Source: Geosiphon pyriformis uo1 | Lineage: Eukaryota > Fungi > Glomeromycota | NCBI GenBank assembly: GCA_016748015.1 | Contig: JAAOMT010000659.1 | Location: 246,806-310,805 of the forward strand | DNA: 64,000 bases | Direction of reading: 5' to 3' | Translations under genes and position numbers: made by a program | The notes under the pieces: model-generated | Database searches by the model: none | What the model was told of the DNA's origin: nothing | The model's input: only the letters and a program-made list of their open reading frames with translations | Shown here: one piece after another, positions 10,100-22,700 of the stretch | How positions within the stretch are numbered: the first letter of the stretch is position 1 | Layout of the letters: every line of letters starts with the position of its first letter

Positions 10100-13000
10100 A
10101 TAAATTTTTTTTTCTTGTCAATCCCCTGGCCATAACAAAAACAAAAAATAATTTTGAAGTTTTAGCTTTTTTTTTTCCTTTTTCCTCTGTTACTTTAGTT
10201 ATTTCTTTAAACACACTTAATTTTGTTACAATAAAACCAGCAAATGTAGTCATTGGTGTTTCTGGCTCTAATTTGACTGGTTTAAGAACCTGTCTAAGTG
10301 CCAAAAAGAAATGTGTGGACAATGTTTACTCTTATGGTGCATCTTATAAGAAGCCTAAAAAGCCTGTTACCAGTAGTATTATTGACATGTCTGTTGGTCT
10401 ATTGAACTTGGCAAATATTAGTGGTAATAATGGCAAATCTGTGGTGTCCTGGAAAAGCAAAGTGGGCAGCATTGAAGGTAGTATTAGTGATCTTTCTGAT
10501 TTAAAAAATATGAAAAACATGGTTGCAAAAGAAACAAGTTACACGAATTCAGACAATTCTATTGGAAATAAAAACATGGGCGAGACTACTTCAAGGAAAA
10601 CTTAAACTCGAACCTATATGTTGGACCATCCACCAAAAGCTCTCTTGTTTGACAATATGAGTAACAATGGCAATGTTTTAGAGCTTTTTTCTTCTAAGTT
10701 TATGGGTTCTAATTAGCTGCCATATGTCAAGTCACATGGTCTGAATAAAAAGAGTTTTGAGCCAGTAAAATTGTTTGTATTAAATATTAAGCTTTTAGCT
10801 ATTCTAGGAAAATCTGTTAGTGACAAATTGGTTTCAATAAAAAAAATCTTTTATTAAGTTGATGGTTTTGGGGGAGTCTCTGCTTCTTCAAAATTTCCAG
10901 GAATTATTAGATTATTATTTACTTCAGAATTGAGCTTGAATAAGGCTAAGGAAATGGCAATCTGTAAAAAAATTTTGGTAAACAATAATGTTAGGAAGCC
11001 AAGCAGTTATTCAGATCAGGAAATAGTTGTCAAAAAAATTCCAGTTGATCTTTCCAAATCAGCTGTGAAATCTGTTTTTTTCAAATTTGGCAAGATTGTA
11101 TCAATTAGGATACAATTGATTAGTCTGTAGCAAAAAGCATTGGTTAAATATGAATCATCTAAGATAGCTGATTTGGTTGCAGCTAAATGGTCTGTCTTCA
11201 TAAAAAAGGATTCTGTTCATGTGGCAAAAGCCATTAATGATAAACAAACATGAGTTTCCAGAGATCAACATTGGGCTTTATTGTATATACTTCCAGTTGG
11301 CATTATTGCTTATGATTTGTTAGGTTTATTGAATTCTTATGATGGAAAAACTTGTTTTATTGGCTGTAATTCTGGTTTATATGTTTGTGATAAATGTGTA
11401 ATTATCTGTTTTGATAATGAAGCATTCAAATTGGCTGCTATTAATTCTGTTCTAGTTTATAAAAGTGTAAATTTGCACTAAACTGGTCTTTTTTGGCTTG
11501 TTGTGCCAAGTGTAAACAATTTGGTCATATTTTTAATGTGTGTTTGGTTGGTGGGGATTCTGAAGTTTGTCATAAGCAGGTGATATCTTCTTAGAATCAG
11601 GTCTGTCTAGCTAATATTTATAAGAGAAAGCAGACTCCGATTGCCCACCCAGTATTTTTTAGTGGAAAAACTTGGGCTTAAATTGCAGGTGGCTCTCTTT
11701 TTTGTGTGGCTTTGTCAGTTTCTTTTAGTGGTGGTTCAGTTTTAAGTGTAAAATCTTTAGTAATGGCTTTCAACTCTCTTAATGATTCTGGTTTGGCTGA
11801 CCATATGGCTTCTTTGGAGTGCTCCATAGAGCTTTTGTTGGATCAGGTTTCTGAGATTTTAAGGAAATTGAGCTTTGTGGAATTGGTGCTAATATTATCC
11901 CCATCTTGTGTCCTCCCCCCTATTGTTGCCTCTCTTTTGAACTTGGCTTTGAATTTGGATATGACTGTAAATAGCGTGGTGGTGCCTTCTTTTTTTTCTC
12001 CTCCAGTGGTTAGAAATGCTACTCCTGAACTAAGTTTGAGCAGCTCAAAGGTTCTTACCACCAAGGTAGGTGGTTTGAAATTAAAGATAATGGCTCTGGA
12101 AGTTTCAGTTGGTTTGGTATTGGCAAGATTGGACTTTTTGTGTTCTAGTTTGAGTTTGTTAGCTTTTTCTCCATCTTAATGATTAATTTAATTTGGAATA
12201 TTACTACATGCAATGTTAAAGGAATAAACAATCCTGCAAAGCAGGATGATATAATTTGTTGGCATAAGAAAATGAACAATCTGATTTCCATTGTTACAGA
12301 GACTAAATTAAAAGATAAGATCTATCCATAGATTATGAACAAGTTTGATAGTGTTCATGTCTTTACTTTTGGGATAGATTCTGGTTACCTGGATTCAAAC
12401 ATTGCTATTATTATGGACATTTTTTTGGCTTGTTATGTATGTAAAGTTTTTAAGGTGCCTGGTTGGATCCTTTCTGTCAAGTTGCTTTTTAAAAATAAAC
12501 TTTCTGTGTCAATTTTGGGGCTATATGCTGGTGCTTTTTTGTTAGTTTGGTTTTCTCAGGCTGGTAACATCAATTCTCTTATTGCAAAGGCTGTAAATGA
12601 GTCTTCTTTTGTCATTCTTGGCAGTAACTCCAATAAGAATAAATCTCATAAATGTGCTAGTTTCAAGAAGTGCTTTGATTTGGGTCTGGTCAACTCTTTG
12701 GCTGGGAGCTCATTTGCTAAGATACCTACATAGTGCAATTTTTGTGGAGTTGTTAAAATGATTAATTATGTGTTAATTTTCTCAAATTTGGTCAATGCAA
12801 TGGTGGATTACAATATGGTTAGTGTTGTGGATTATTTTGATATTGATCACTATTTCTGTGGATCTGGGTGGTTTGTTGGATGTTCAGCTGTCTTCACTAT
12901 ACAAGCAGGCAAACAAGAATTGTTGGAAGTTTGATGTTAAAAGTGCTAATGCAAGGAAGTAGTGTGAATTTAAGAATATCACAGCTGCTAATGCTGTTAT

Positions 13001-13898
13001 GTTTTTAAGTATATTTGTGGTGGCTGAGAGGTCTTTGAATCTGAATGCAATGTAAGACATTGTTCATAGGGTTATGATTTTTTCAGCCAATAGAACATTT
13101 AAGAGAAAATAGTTTAAAGGTTATGACAGTATTTTTACCAAGATGTTTTCTAAGTTTCATAAACTGGAGTTGCTGGTGTCCAGACTGGTGAAAGCTTTTT
13201 TTTGGTTTCGAGTGAGGATTTTGCTTCATTGCTGGATACATAAAACAAACTTGACTCTAGTAGTACAGCAAAAGTGAAGTCTCTTTTTCTTTCAGATTCT
13301 ACTTTTAATACTATTTGTTCTGGGTTGGCAAAAATAAGAAAGTTTTACCATTCTTCCAAGTTGCTGGAATTCAAGTGCACTGAAAAATCTCACATTAAGC
13401 AGGCCATTACCAGTAGAATAGAAAGTTTTAAATTGGATAAGGGTTGTATCATCAGAAATGTGTTGGAGTGTTTTTTTTGTAAGGTAGTATTAGATTTTTT
13501 AGTTGTAAGTAATGAGTTGGTTTTGGAACCTGATTTGGTTAAGTTTAAAGTAGATAAGATTATGGAGAGATGGACTAAAAAATGTGAGGTGGTGTTCAAT
13601 ATTTCTGATGATTGGACTCACCAATATTAGTCTTTGAATTATGTTTTTAATAGTGTGTTTTCCAGTGTAATATATCTGATTGGTTCTAATGAATTGTTCT
13701 GGCATTTCTAATGAATTGTGAAAACACTGTGACAACTCAGTTTTGGATATGTTTTTTGTGTTCTTGAATCTGTGTCTGACTTGTAAATCAGTACCTGGGT
13801 CTTGGAGGAAAGCTTGGGTTTTAATGATTCCTAAGCCATATGAATAGGAGGATGTTCTTACAAATACCTATTCTATTGTTTTAATTGAAACAGCTTGC
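10100..13898 (+). mobile_element. LINE, 5' half (ORF1, plus APE endonuclease and start of RT in ORF2); 5' end approximate
   Basis: ORF1 with knuckle CAKCKQFGHIFNVC. ORF2 begins MINLIWNITTCNVKGINN...IVTETKL (APE) and ends at ...IVLIETA at the D insertion. Confidence 0.9.
10230..12179 (+). pseudogene. LINE ORF1 (RRM-like segments and CCHC knuckle), decayed
   Basis: ORF fragments 10273-10605, 10930-11130, 11281-11481, 11706-12179; knuckle near 11500-11545. Confidence 0.7.
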
Positions 13899-14768
13899 TG
13901 TTACAGATAATTATTTGGGGTCTCAATTCAAATAACAAACTCATAACTTGGTGCTTAATAACTAATCTGATAGATAATGGTGGTAATATTGGTACATTGT
14001 TTTTATCTGAAGATTTTGATTGAGTCCTTTGTATAATAGACAGAGATTCAATATTGTCTTTCCAGTAGCTTTCTGGAATTGCAATTCAGTCAAATTTTTT
14101 TCTCAGCATAGTGGCCAGTAATCTGGCAGAGATGCCCTTCTGGTAAGCTAACCATTAATATATATAATGCTTATACTCTTCTTTTGGGGTCTTTTACCAG
14201 GCTATTCTTGACGTCAATAACTCAGTGCTTAATCTTCAATCAATTAGTAACTCCAAAAAAAATAACAAAATAAAATAAAAGAAAAATAAAAAAAATAAGA
14301 AAACAATTAAAAACAATTGCAAATTAGTATTCCATCAATAGCCATGATCAAAAACTATTGTTCCAGTGTGGTTAAATACCAATTACTATCAACATAAAGT
14401 GTTGATAGTGGAGAGTGGATTGAAATAGTGAATAATTATTTATTAATATTTGTGAATTTAGAAGATTGTTTAGAGTAAATCTAAACTAGAAGGTCTGTTT
14501 TTTCTACTTCTAATGCTACTACTATATATACATAATTGAAATTCCTCAATTCCTTGATTCTTTACATCAGAAATTTTGGAATTCCTGGAATCCTGCAATT
14601 TTTTTTAAGAGGAATTCTGGAATCCTGCAATTTTTTGTACGAGAATCCTGAAATTCTTGGAATCCTGCAATTTCTCTTGAGAGGAATCCTGGAATTCCAC
14701 ATTTACTATGGCTACTTTTGATTGGCTAATTTATATACTAATATCTTTCCTATATTTTATGAGTAACA
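13899..14768 (-). repeat. 3' LTR of element D (870 bp)
   Basis: Direct repeat of 31749-32613. Adjacent purine tract on the minus strand (AAAAGAAGGAAA, ~14771-14783). Confidence 0.95.
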
Positions 14769-14781
14769 TTATTTCCTTCTT

Positions 14782-15450
14782 TTAATATTGAGCTCCATTG
14801 AAATCTCCTAAATCTCTTAGTTCTAATTCTCTATTTTTGAATAGTTTTTGAATTTTTTTTCCGAGAATTATTTGTGTTATCTTGTCCTGTAATTCTTCAA
14901 ATTGAGCATTGGTTATTTTTCTCATTTGGTTGACAATAACAGTGTTCATTTCAGTGTTGAGTAAGATTTCTGGCCAATTTTGAAATCCAGTATATAGCTG
15001 ATAAATGGCTCTTGCTTGTATGGTTAAATTGTTTTTCCCCACAAATTGTTCCAGTTGTTGTAGTATTTTTGTGTCAAATAATCATTTTGTTTTATCCATG
15101 TATAGATTCTGGATGTTTACGTGTTGTCCCAAGTAAAAGTAACAAAAGTTTCTTGGAAATTGTTGTATTCACCAATTCCAGATTTCTATAATTAACTCTT
15201 AATATTAGATGATTTTGGGTTGTGTTTCTATCACCAGTTTCACTTTTGCCATTATTTTGTTAACAGTGTTTTCTGTTTTTCTCTGTACTTTATCCCATGG
15301 TCTTTTTTTAGTGTTTATATATCTGATAGTTTGTCGATTGATTGCGATCTCTATTTTTTGTTGTTGGATTAATTGAAAGAGTTGTTGTGTTAATGAGTGA
15401 ATGTTGTTAGTAATTTTCATTTTTCTGATGTCTTCTGTTGCATCTATCAT
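14782..15450 (-). pseudogene. Element D ORF3 (about 220 codons, 4 in-frame stops, no frameshift)
   Basis: ORFs 15205-15450 and 14782-15042 share a frame. The linker reads Y*ELIIEIWNW*IQQFPRNFCYFYLGQHV, and the stops are explicable as CAA/CGA to TAA/TGA. Confidence 0.75.
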
Positions 15451-15479
15451 ATCTTTATATACTTTTTCTATTGTTTAAT

Positions 15480-18330
15480 TTTACATGTTTGGTCCAATGA
15501 TTATGATTGGTTTCAGATCTCGTGGAATTTTATCTGGTTGGACTAGTATTCTCTGTATTCCTAATTGTGGAATATTACTGATAGACAGTAACACTATATG
15601 ATGATATGGTTTCAGTTGATTACCATGTGCTGCTTTGGTTAAGATTTTGTTGTCCCATCTTAGTTTATAAGCTCTATTTCCAAGAATTTCTTCTATGTGA
15701 AATGGTCTATCCCATTTGGGGTCAAATTTTCTATTCCATTGATTTTCTGCTTTAATATGATGTAAAAGTACTTTGTTTCTAATCTTGAATTCAACTGGTT
15801 TATCTGGTAGTTGGTTATCATGTCTTTTTTTTTGTTTCTCTTATGACTTTTGGATATTATCAGCTGCTCTTTGTCACTTGTTTTCTAGAGTTTTCATCAA
15901 GTTATATGTTCTTTTTAGCAACATTTTCTAAAAATTATCTTCAGTTATTGGTTCTACTGGATAAGTATTGACTTCTATTTCAACTGGCAATGTTGCTGTT
16001 CTACCGTATACTAATTCAAATAGTGTTGCTTGTATAGTGTCTTGCTTCATTGTCCAATAAGCAAATAATACTGATAGTATGACCAAATCCCATTCATTCT
16101 AATTTTCTTGACTGATCTTGATGATTGCTTTACACAATGTTCTGTTAAATCTTTTAACTAAGCCATTTGTTTGTGGATGGTATGATAATAATAATAGTCA
16201 TTTGATTCCAAATATCTGACTTAATTCGGCTAATGTTTTATTCACAAAGTGAGTTCTTTGATCTGATAATAGTTTTTTTGGACATCCATGTTAACAAATC
16301 AAATCTTGATGAACAAATTTGGCAATGGATTTTACATCTACTCTTTGAATTGCTTTTGCTTTTGGCCATTTTATTAGATAGTTTATGACTACTGCAATGT
16401 ATTTGTTGCTTCTGTTGATTATTGTTAATGGTCTAACTAGATCAATTCTAATTTGATTGGTCTTAATGATTCACTTGGTTTTGCTCCTCTTCTTTTCTGA
16501 CAAGCATCACAATTTTGAACGTATTGGATGATGTCTGGATATATTGATGGCCAATAGTATCTCTTTCTGGTTCTTTCTATGGTTGCTTCTTTATGAAAAT
16601 GTTCTGCTGTTGAATCTGAGTACATGTTAAACAATATTGTCTCTTTTTCTGGTTCTGTAATTACTCTGATTGGTTGATTTGGGTTCTTTCTGTTTTTTCA
16701 GTAAAGTATATTTTGGTGGTTGATGAAATATTTTGATTGTTGTTTTATGTTGTTTTGTTCCTTTTGAGATAATTTTTCCTTGAACAATTGGATATTTATA
16801 TAATGTTGGAGTTGTTGGTATTTTTGTATATTCATCTTTTGTTATATTTTTGGGTTGAAATGCTTTTTAGATTTGTCTCATTCATAACAATTTGTTGACA
16901 TTTCCATTGTTTTTTCCTTTTTTGTAATGTACTGTATAATTAAATAGTGAAAATTTTATTTTCTATCTGACATGGTAATTGTTTCCAAATTCTTGTTTCT
17001 GGATTAAAGTCAATCCTTTGTGATTAGTGTATATATCAAACTTTTGACTCAAGTATTCTTTTTATTTAATGATGGCCCAATAGATAGCTAAGTGTTTCAG
17101 TATTAGAGTTCCATAGTTCTTTTCTGCTGGACTTAAGTTTCTACTGGTATAAGCTATTGGATGTTTTCTTCCATCTGGTCCTCTTTGTGATAATATGGCT
17201 TCCAATGCTTGGTCTGATGCATCAATAGTAATGATAAATGATTTGTTGTGATCTGGATACATCAATACTGGAGCTTGAATAAGTTTTCTTCTTAATATGT
17301 CGAAAGCTTTTTGTTGAGTTTCTGTCCATTTATACTTTATATTCTTTGTTTGGAGTTGATGTAGTGGTTGAGCTATTTTGGAAAAGTCTTTGATAAAGTG
17401 GCAGTAGTATCCATCAAATCCCAAGAATGCTCTTAATTCTGTGAGATTATTTGGTACTGGAAAGTTCTTGACAATTTCAATTTTGTCTGGATCCATTTTA
17501 ATTCCATCTTTGCTTACAACATGTTCCAAGAACTTGAGTTCTGTTTTTTCAAAAAAACATTTGTTTGCATTTAGTTTCAATCCTGCTTATCTGAGTCTTT
17601 CAAACACTTGTTGGAAATGATGTAGATAATTGTCAAATGTTTTTGAGAACACATTTGTGTTGTCTAAGTAAACAACTACTGATTTTTACAGTAGTTCAGT
17701 ATAAACAATTTCTATGAGTCATTGGAATGTTGCTGGAGTATTCATTAAGCCAAATGGCATGACTTCAAACTCAAAATTTCTCTCTCTTGTAGTAAATGCT
17801 GTTTTTTCTTTGTCAGCTAGATTCATGGCTACTTGCCAATAACCACTATTTAAATCCAGTGTCAAAAACAATTTATTTTCTCTAAAAGCATCGAATAGTT
17901 CTTGGATCTTTGGAGTTGGATAGCTATCACCTTTAGTTACTCCATTTAGTTTTTGATAATCTATACAAAAACGGATTTTTCCATTTTTTTTCTATACTAG
18001 TATCACTGGTGATGACCATAGATTTATTGATGGCTGAATTAGCCCATTGTTAAGTATCCAATTGATTTTTTGACAAATGATCTCATGACTAGCTGGTAGT
18101 ACTCTGTATGCTCTTTGTTTAATTGGCATTATATCTCCAGTCTTGATCTGATACTGGATGATGTTAATGCAGCCAAATTCATTTTCATTAGCAAAAATGT
18201 CATTGAAATTGCTGAGTAATATCTTTAATTGCATTTGTTGAAGTGGGTCTAAATTTTCTATGTTTATCTGTTCCAATTGTTCTGGTTGGAGCAGATAATA
18301 TTCACTTTGTCCATAGATGGTTTGTAATAT
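15480..18330 (-). pseudogene. Element D pol, 3' part (RT, RNase H, integrase)
   Basis: WSSPVILV, YLD(N)TNV at 17659-17670, IDASDQAL, HHCC zinc finger (HF...CDACQ), GPF-like tail. Confidence 0.93.
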
Positions 18331-19044
18331 TGTTATGGATTGGAGTAACAAGTTAATGGATAGCAAGGGAGAACAGTATTGTAGGGTGATGGAAATAAAC
18401 AAAGAAGGAATTACAATAAGAGAGCAAATTGAATAAGTAGAAATTCAATGTGTGTGATCAGTCTCATAAAAATTACAGTCACTAATCTTTTCTTAAATCT
18501 GAAGATAGAAAAATAGTCCGTGATTGTCAACAAGATAACACTGTTGCTATTATTCTATGCCTCAACTCGGCGATTCTTAGAATCAATAATAGATATCATT
18601 GTACTTTTCAATCATTTCTTTATTCAATGAATTACAAGAGCAAGCCAATTGCTTCTCAGGCTAATTCTAACAAATACAAATCAAGAAGAGGAAAAGATAA
18701 GGTATGTAAATGCCAATAAGTAGATACTTGAAGATAAGGAAAGAGGAATAAGCGATTATAAGAGGAAGTAATTGATATTGTTTATTTCATTACTTTGATC
18801 ATGTCTTTCTATAGCTAAGAAAATCATCACTTATATAGCTATCTAAAGTGGTTAATGACCAGGTCAACGATCAGGTTAATGATCAGGTCATTGATCAGGT
18901 CAATAATCAGGTTAATGATCAGATCAATGGTCAGGTCATTGATCAGGTCAACAATTACTATCTAAAAATAAGGTGGCCAATTATATGACATCAGTAGTTA
19001 ATACATGTGATAATTAATAAAAACTATGTGTTTCAACCATAACA
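18331..19044 (-). repeat. 3' LTR of element C (714 bp; contains a 9 x 12-bp array)
   Basis: Direct repeat of 26358-26975 plus 96 extra bp. Confidence 0.95.
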
Positions 19045-19670
19045 TCATCCTCTCCAAAGAGATTGAGCTCTGGCGAAATCAAACTATTTATGAGATAGTC
19101 TATGTGAAGAGTTTTGTTTAACTCAAAACTAACTAGTTTGTTGAAGTTTTTTGTGGATAGAGTATATAGTACTTGAGGCAAAATAAGCTTTGTATCCAAG
19201 AGACCAAATCTTTGTATTAGAGTTCTGGCTTTTCTAGCAATGGTCAAAACTCTTGGGACATCCAATCATATAATGCCCAAAATTTCCACTTGTATCTCTG
19301 AAGTTGTTTTCTTCATGAGCTTCATGTCTTCTATAATTTCACCAAGATGACCATAGAGTTCTAGTTGTCTTCCATATGACAAGTTTTTGTCTATGGGCAA
19401 GATTTCTTGTATTGTTTTTTCAATTGTGCTGGAAGGTAAAAGTATCGCTACTGTTATGCTTTCCAGCAGGTATTTATCCATTTTGCCACCAATTCTTTCT
19501 CTTTTGGTAGTTGTTTTCTTTGGTCTAATAACAGTGTGAATCCCACTGTTATCTGTTATAGTGGTTTGTTTTCCAATAGTCAGAGTAGCATTTGGATAGT
19601 TTTTGATCCAGTACTCATGGAGAGTATAGAAAGTGTTTTGAATGTTTTGATCCAGGAAATAATTGTTCAT
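19014..19670 (-). pseudogene. Element C ORF3 (about 218 aa, one internal TGA), reading through the PPT into the 3' LTR
   Basis: MNNYFLDQNIQNTFYTL...LYGHLGEII...ARKARTLIQRF; ORFs 19266-19766 and 19014-19265 are contiguous and in frame. Confidence 0.78.
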
Positions 19671-19717
19671 GTCGATTGAAGATACCTCTGTTTTGGGAAT
19701 GGTGCATTTATTTATAT

Positions 19718-22700
19718 CTAATTTTTGCTGATCATTTGGGTTGGTATTACCACAACAGGTAATCAATCAGGTTGTTTGTAATATTTTTTGAGTCGCGTGC
19801 CATGAACAGAGCGATCACTGAATATTGTTCCATATTGATCTTGTAAGATATAAGAACCATTGTTCAAAACTTTGTTGACTATAAAGGGTCCTTTCCACCG
19901 GCTAGAGAATTTATTACTATAGACATTGTCTCTGTCTGAATGGTATTCCAAAACTAAGTTACCAACACTTAAGGAAAGTATTTTATAGGTTTTTTTCTTT
20001 TTGAGCTTCTCTTGGACCTGTTTTATTTTTTCAAAGCAATTATCTGTGCTTCTACTAATGAGTCAAGAATGGTACCAAGTCTTCTTTGCAAAATGTTCTT
20101 GTAATCTCCTATTGTTATTTCTTCAAAAGGTATTGTTTCTATATCCATTTCTATTGGTAGAGTTGCCATTTGTCCATAGAGCAGATAAAAGGGTTCATAA
20201 CTTGTTATGTCATAATTCACAGTTTTGTAAGCAAACAAGACTGAAGGCAATACTTTGTCCCATAGGTTGGTTTCTTCACTGGTTTTGGCTAGGGTTTCAC
20301 ATAGTGTTCTATTGAAACGTTCCACTAGGTTATTTGTTTGGGGGTGATAAGAGGAAGAGAGTTTATGATGTATTCCCATTTTTCTACAAAGTTCTTCAAC
20401 CAGTGTACTAAGAAAAGCTCTTCCTCTATCAGATAAAAGTTCTTTGGGGCAGCCGTGGTAACAGATAATATCTTCATAAATAAAATTGGCAATTGAGACT
20501 GCTGTTTGATCTGGGGTGGCTCTTGCTTCTACCCACTTTGTAAGATAGTCGGTAGCTGTGATAATGTATCTGTTGCCATCAGGAGTTACTGTTAAAGGTC
20601 CAACAACATTTATACTAATTCTATCAAATGGTTGACCAACAGAGATTGAATGGATATCTTCCTTGCGATTGGGTTTTCCTTTTCTTTGGCAGGTATCACA
20701 GATTTTGATGTATTCAGCAATATCTTTTTCCAAGGTAGGCCAATAATAGTGAGTTAAAGTTTTCTAAATTGTTTTTGTTTTTCCAAAGTGTCCAGCTAAT
20801 AGATCAGTGTGCATATTGTAGATCACAATTTCTTTTTCTTCAAATCTAATGACTCTCTGGGGGCGGTCAGGAGCTTTTCTATTTCTTTTATATAACTGGT
20901 TCTGGCGAATCAAATAGAAATTTGATTGTTTGTGCAAATGTTCTCTTTGCTGTCGAGTATAGTTCAGCGGGTATTGTCCTTTACTCAAAAATTTCATTAA
21001 AGCAGAGTAGTTGTCCAAGTCCATTATCGTGTTTGTTTGTAAGGGAGTTACAAATAATTAAGTTGGTTTGGTTTGAGAGGGTTTTACTATTACTGAATGG
21101 TAAGTCTGGAGAGAGCATCGGTGTTTTGATGATTAGCTCCTTTGCAGTGTTGAATGTCATAGTCAAATTCATCCAAGTGGAGTATCCAGCAAGTTATCCA
21201 TTTATGTTCCAGATTTCTTTTGTTGCGTAGCCAAACCAAAGCTTGGTAATCTGTTACCACCAAAAATTTCACACCCTTAAGATATTTGTCCCAGTAGCTA
21301 GTAGTCCAAACTACTGCTAAGCATTCCTGCTCAGTAACTGAGTAGTTCCTTTCTGCTGGTGTGAGAGTTCTACTGGCATATGCTATGGCGTGTTCTCTGT
21401 TATCTTCATCTTTTTGGAAAAGAACAGCACCAAGTCCATAGCCAGATGCATTAGTGTGGAGGATAAAAGGTTGATCCAAATTAGATTGCATGAGAATGGG
21501 TTCTGTAACCAGTTTTTCTTTCAAAATTTCAAATGCTTTTTGTTGATGAGTGTCCCAGTGATAATTGATGTTTTTCTTAAGTAGCTGATTGAGAAAAGCA
21601 GCAATTTTAGAGAAATTCTTGACAAACTTGCAATAATAAGAGGCCAAACCAAGAAAAAAGTGTAGTTCATGAACATTCATTGGTTGTCTAATGTTTTGAA
21701 CTTTTTCAATTTTGGCTGGATCAGGGAAGATTCTATCTTTTGTAATAAGATGGCCAAGGAACTGGGTGGATTGACATCCAAAAAATGATTTGATTGGATT
21801 GATCTTGAGACCAGCATTTCTAAGAAGGTCAAAAACTTTTTGCAAATGTTCAAGGTGTTGTTACCAGATGAAATTAGAAATATTATTTAGCATGAAATTA
21901 TCTTATAATTCCTATTATTAATTAGCATATATTATCATTTCAAATGATCACTTATTACATTAGCAAAAATGTCCAAAATTATCATTTAATTAATAACCCA
22001 AATTGTACACAACACAAATGTAACCTAATTGCAATGATCAATCATGCAATACCCCGAACTATGTAACATTCAAAAGTTCGCCGAAATTTGTAGAAATTTG
22101 CCAAAATAATTGATAGTTTACCGAAATATCTAATAGTTCGCCGAAATAACTTGTAGTTTGCCGAAATGTATTTTTAGTTCAGCGAAATTGTAGAAAATAG
22201 CAAAGTTCAAGTTCATAGAATAGTGTTACAACAAGTTGTATAAAAGAAGAGCTTCTCTCTTCGAGAAAATGTATCTTACTTTAGATTTATTACTTAGAAC
22301 TATTTCTACACATACAAAAAAAAATAAATACCAAATAATTTAAAAAACCAAATTCTTTAATTATTGCCCTTGGAAAATCCCCAAAAACCAACTAACATTT
22401 CGAAATTGATTAGTTACCAATTTCAATAAACTGTTAGTGACTCCAGGCCTGGATAGAAAATGTTTCCCTTGATAAAAATCCTATTTTTACACTTCTTTTA
22501 TTTTTCTTTTCTTTTCTTATTACAATCATTAAGGTAGCCTACAGACAAGATTCCTGTAGAAGAGTTGACTTTCACAGCAAAGTAACTACACATTTTTAGT
22601 GAGCTTCCAGATGAGCAATTCCTGGGAAAGAGTTAACGTTTACTACAATGTAATTACATAAAGCAACTGGCATGGAATTGGCCATTCCACACATAAGCCC

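Noticed and set aside
13684-13719. 14-bp direct repeat TTCTAATGAATTGT as a TSD
   Set aside because: Only about 8 bp lie between the copies; more likely a local deletion or slippage in LINE ORF2.
14782-19670. ORF3 as a retroviral env gene
   Set aside because: Too short, with no visible signal peptide or transmembrane segment.
19671-19766. TTG start of the C ORF3 at 19766 overlapping the integrase stop
   Set aside because: The TGA is probably a mutated TGG. The integrase then continues PVVVI, like the PIIII tails of A and D, so ATG 19670 is the better start.
22075-22188. CRISPR-like repeat-spacer pattern
   Set aside because: Linkers are only about 7 bp, the array is inside an LTR in a eukaryotic genome, and there are no cas genes.
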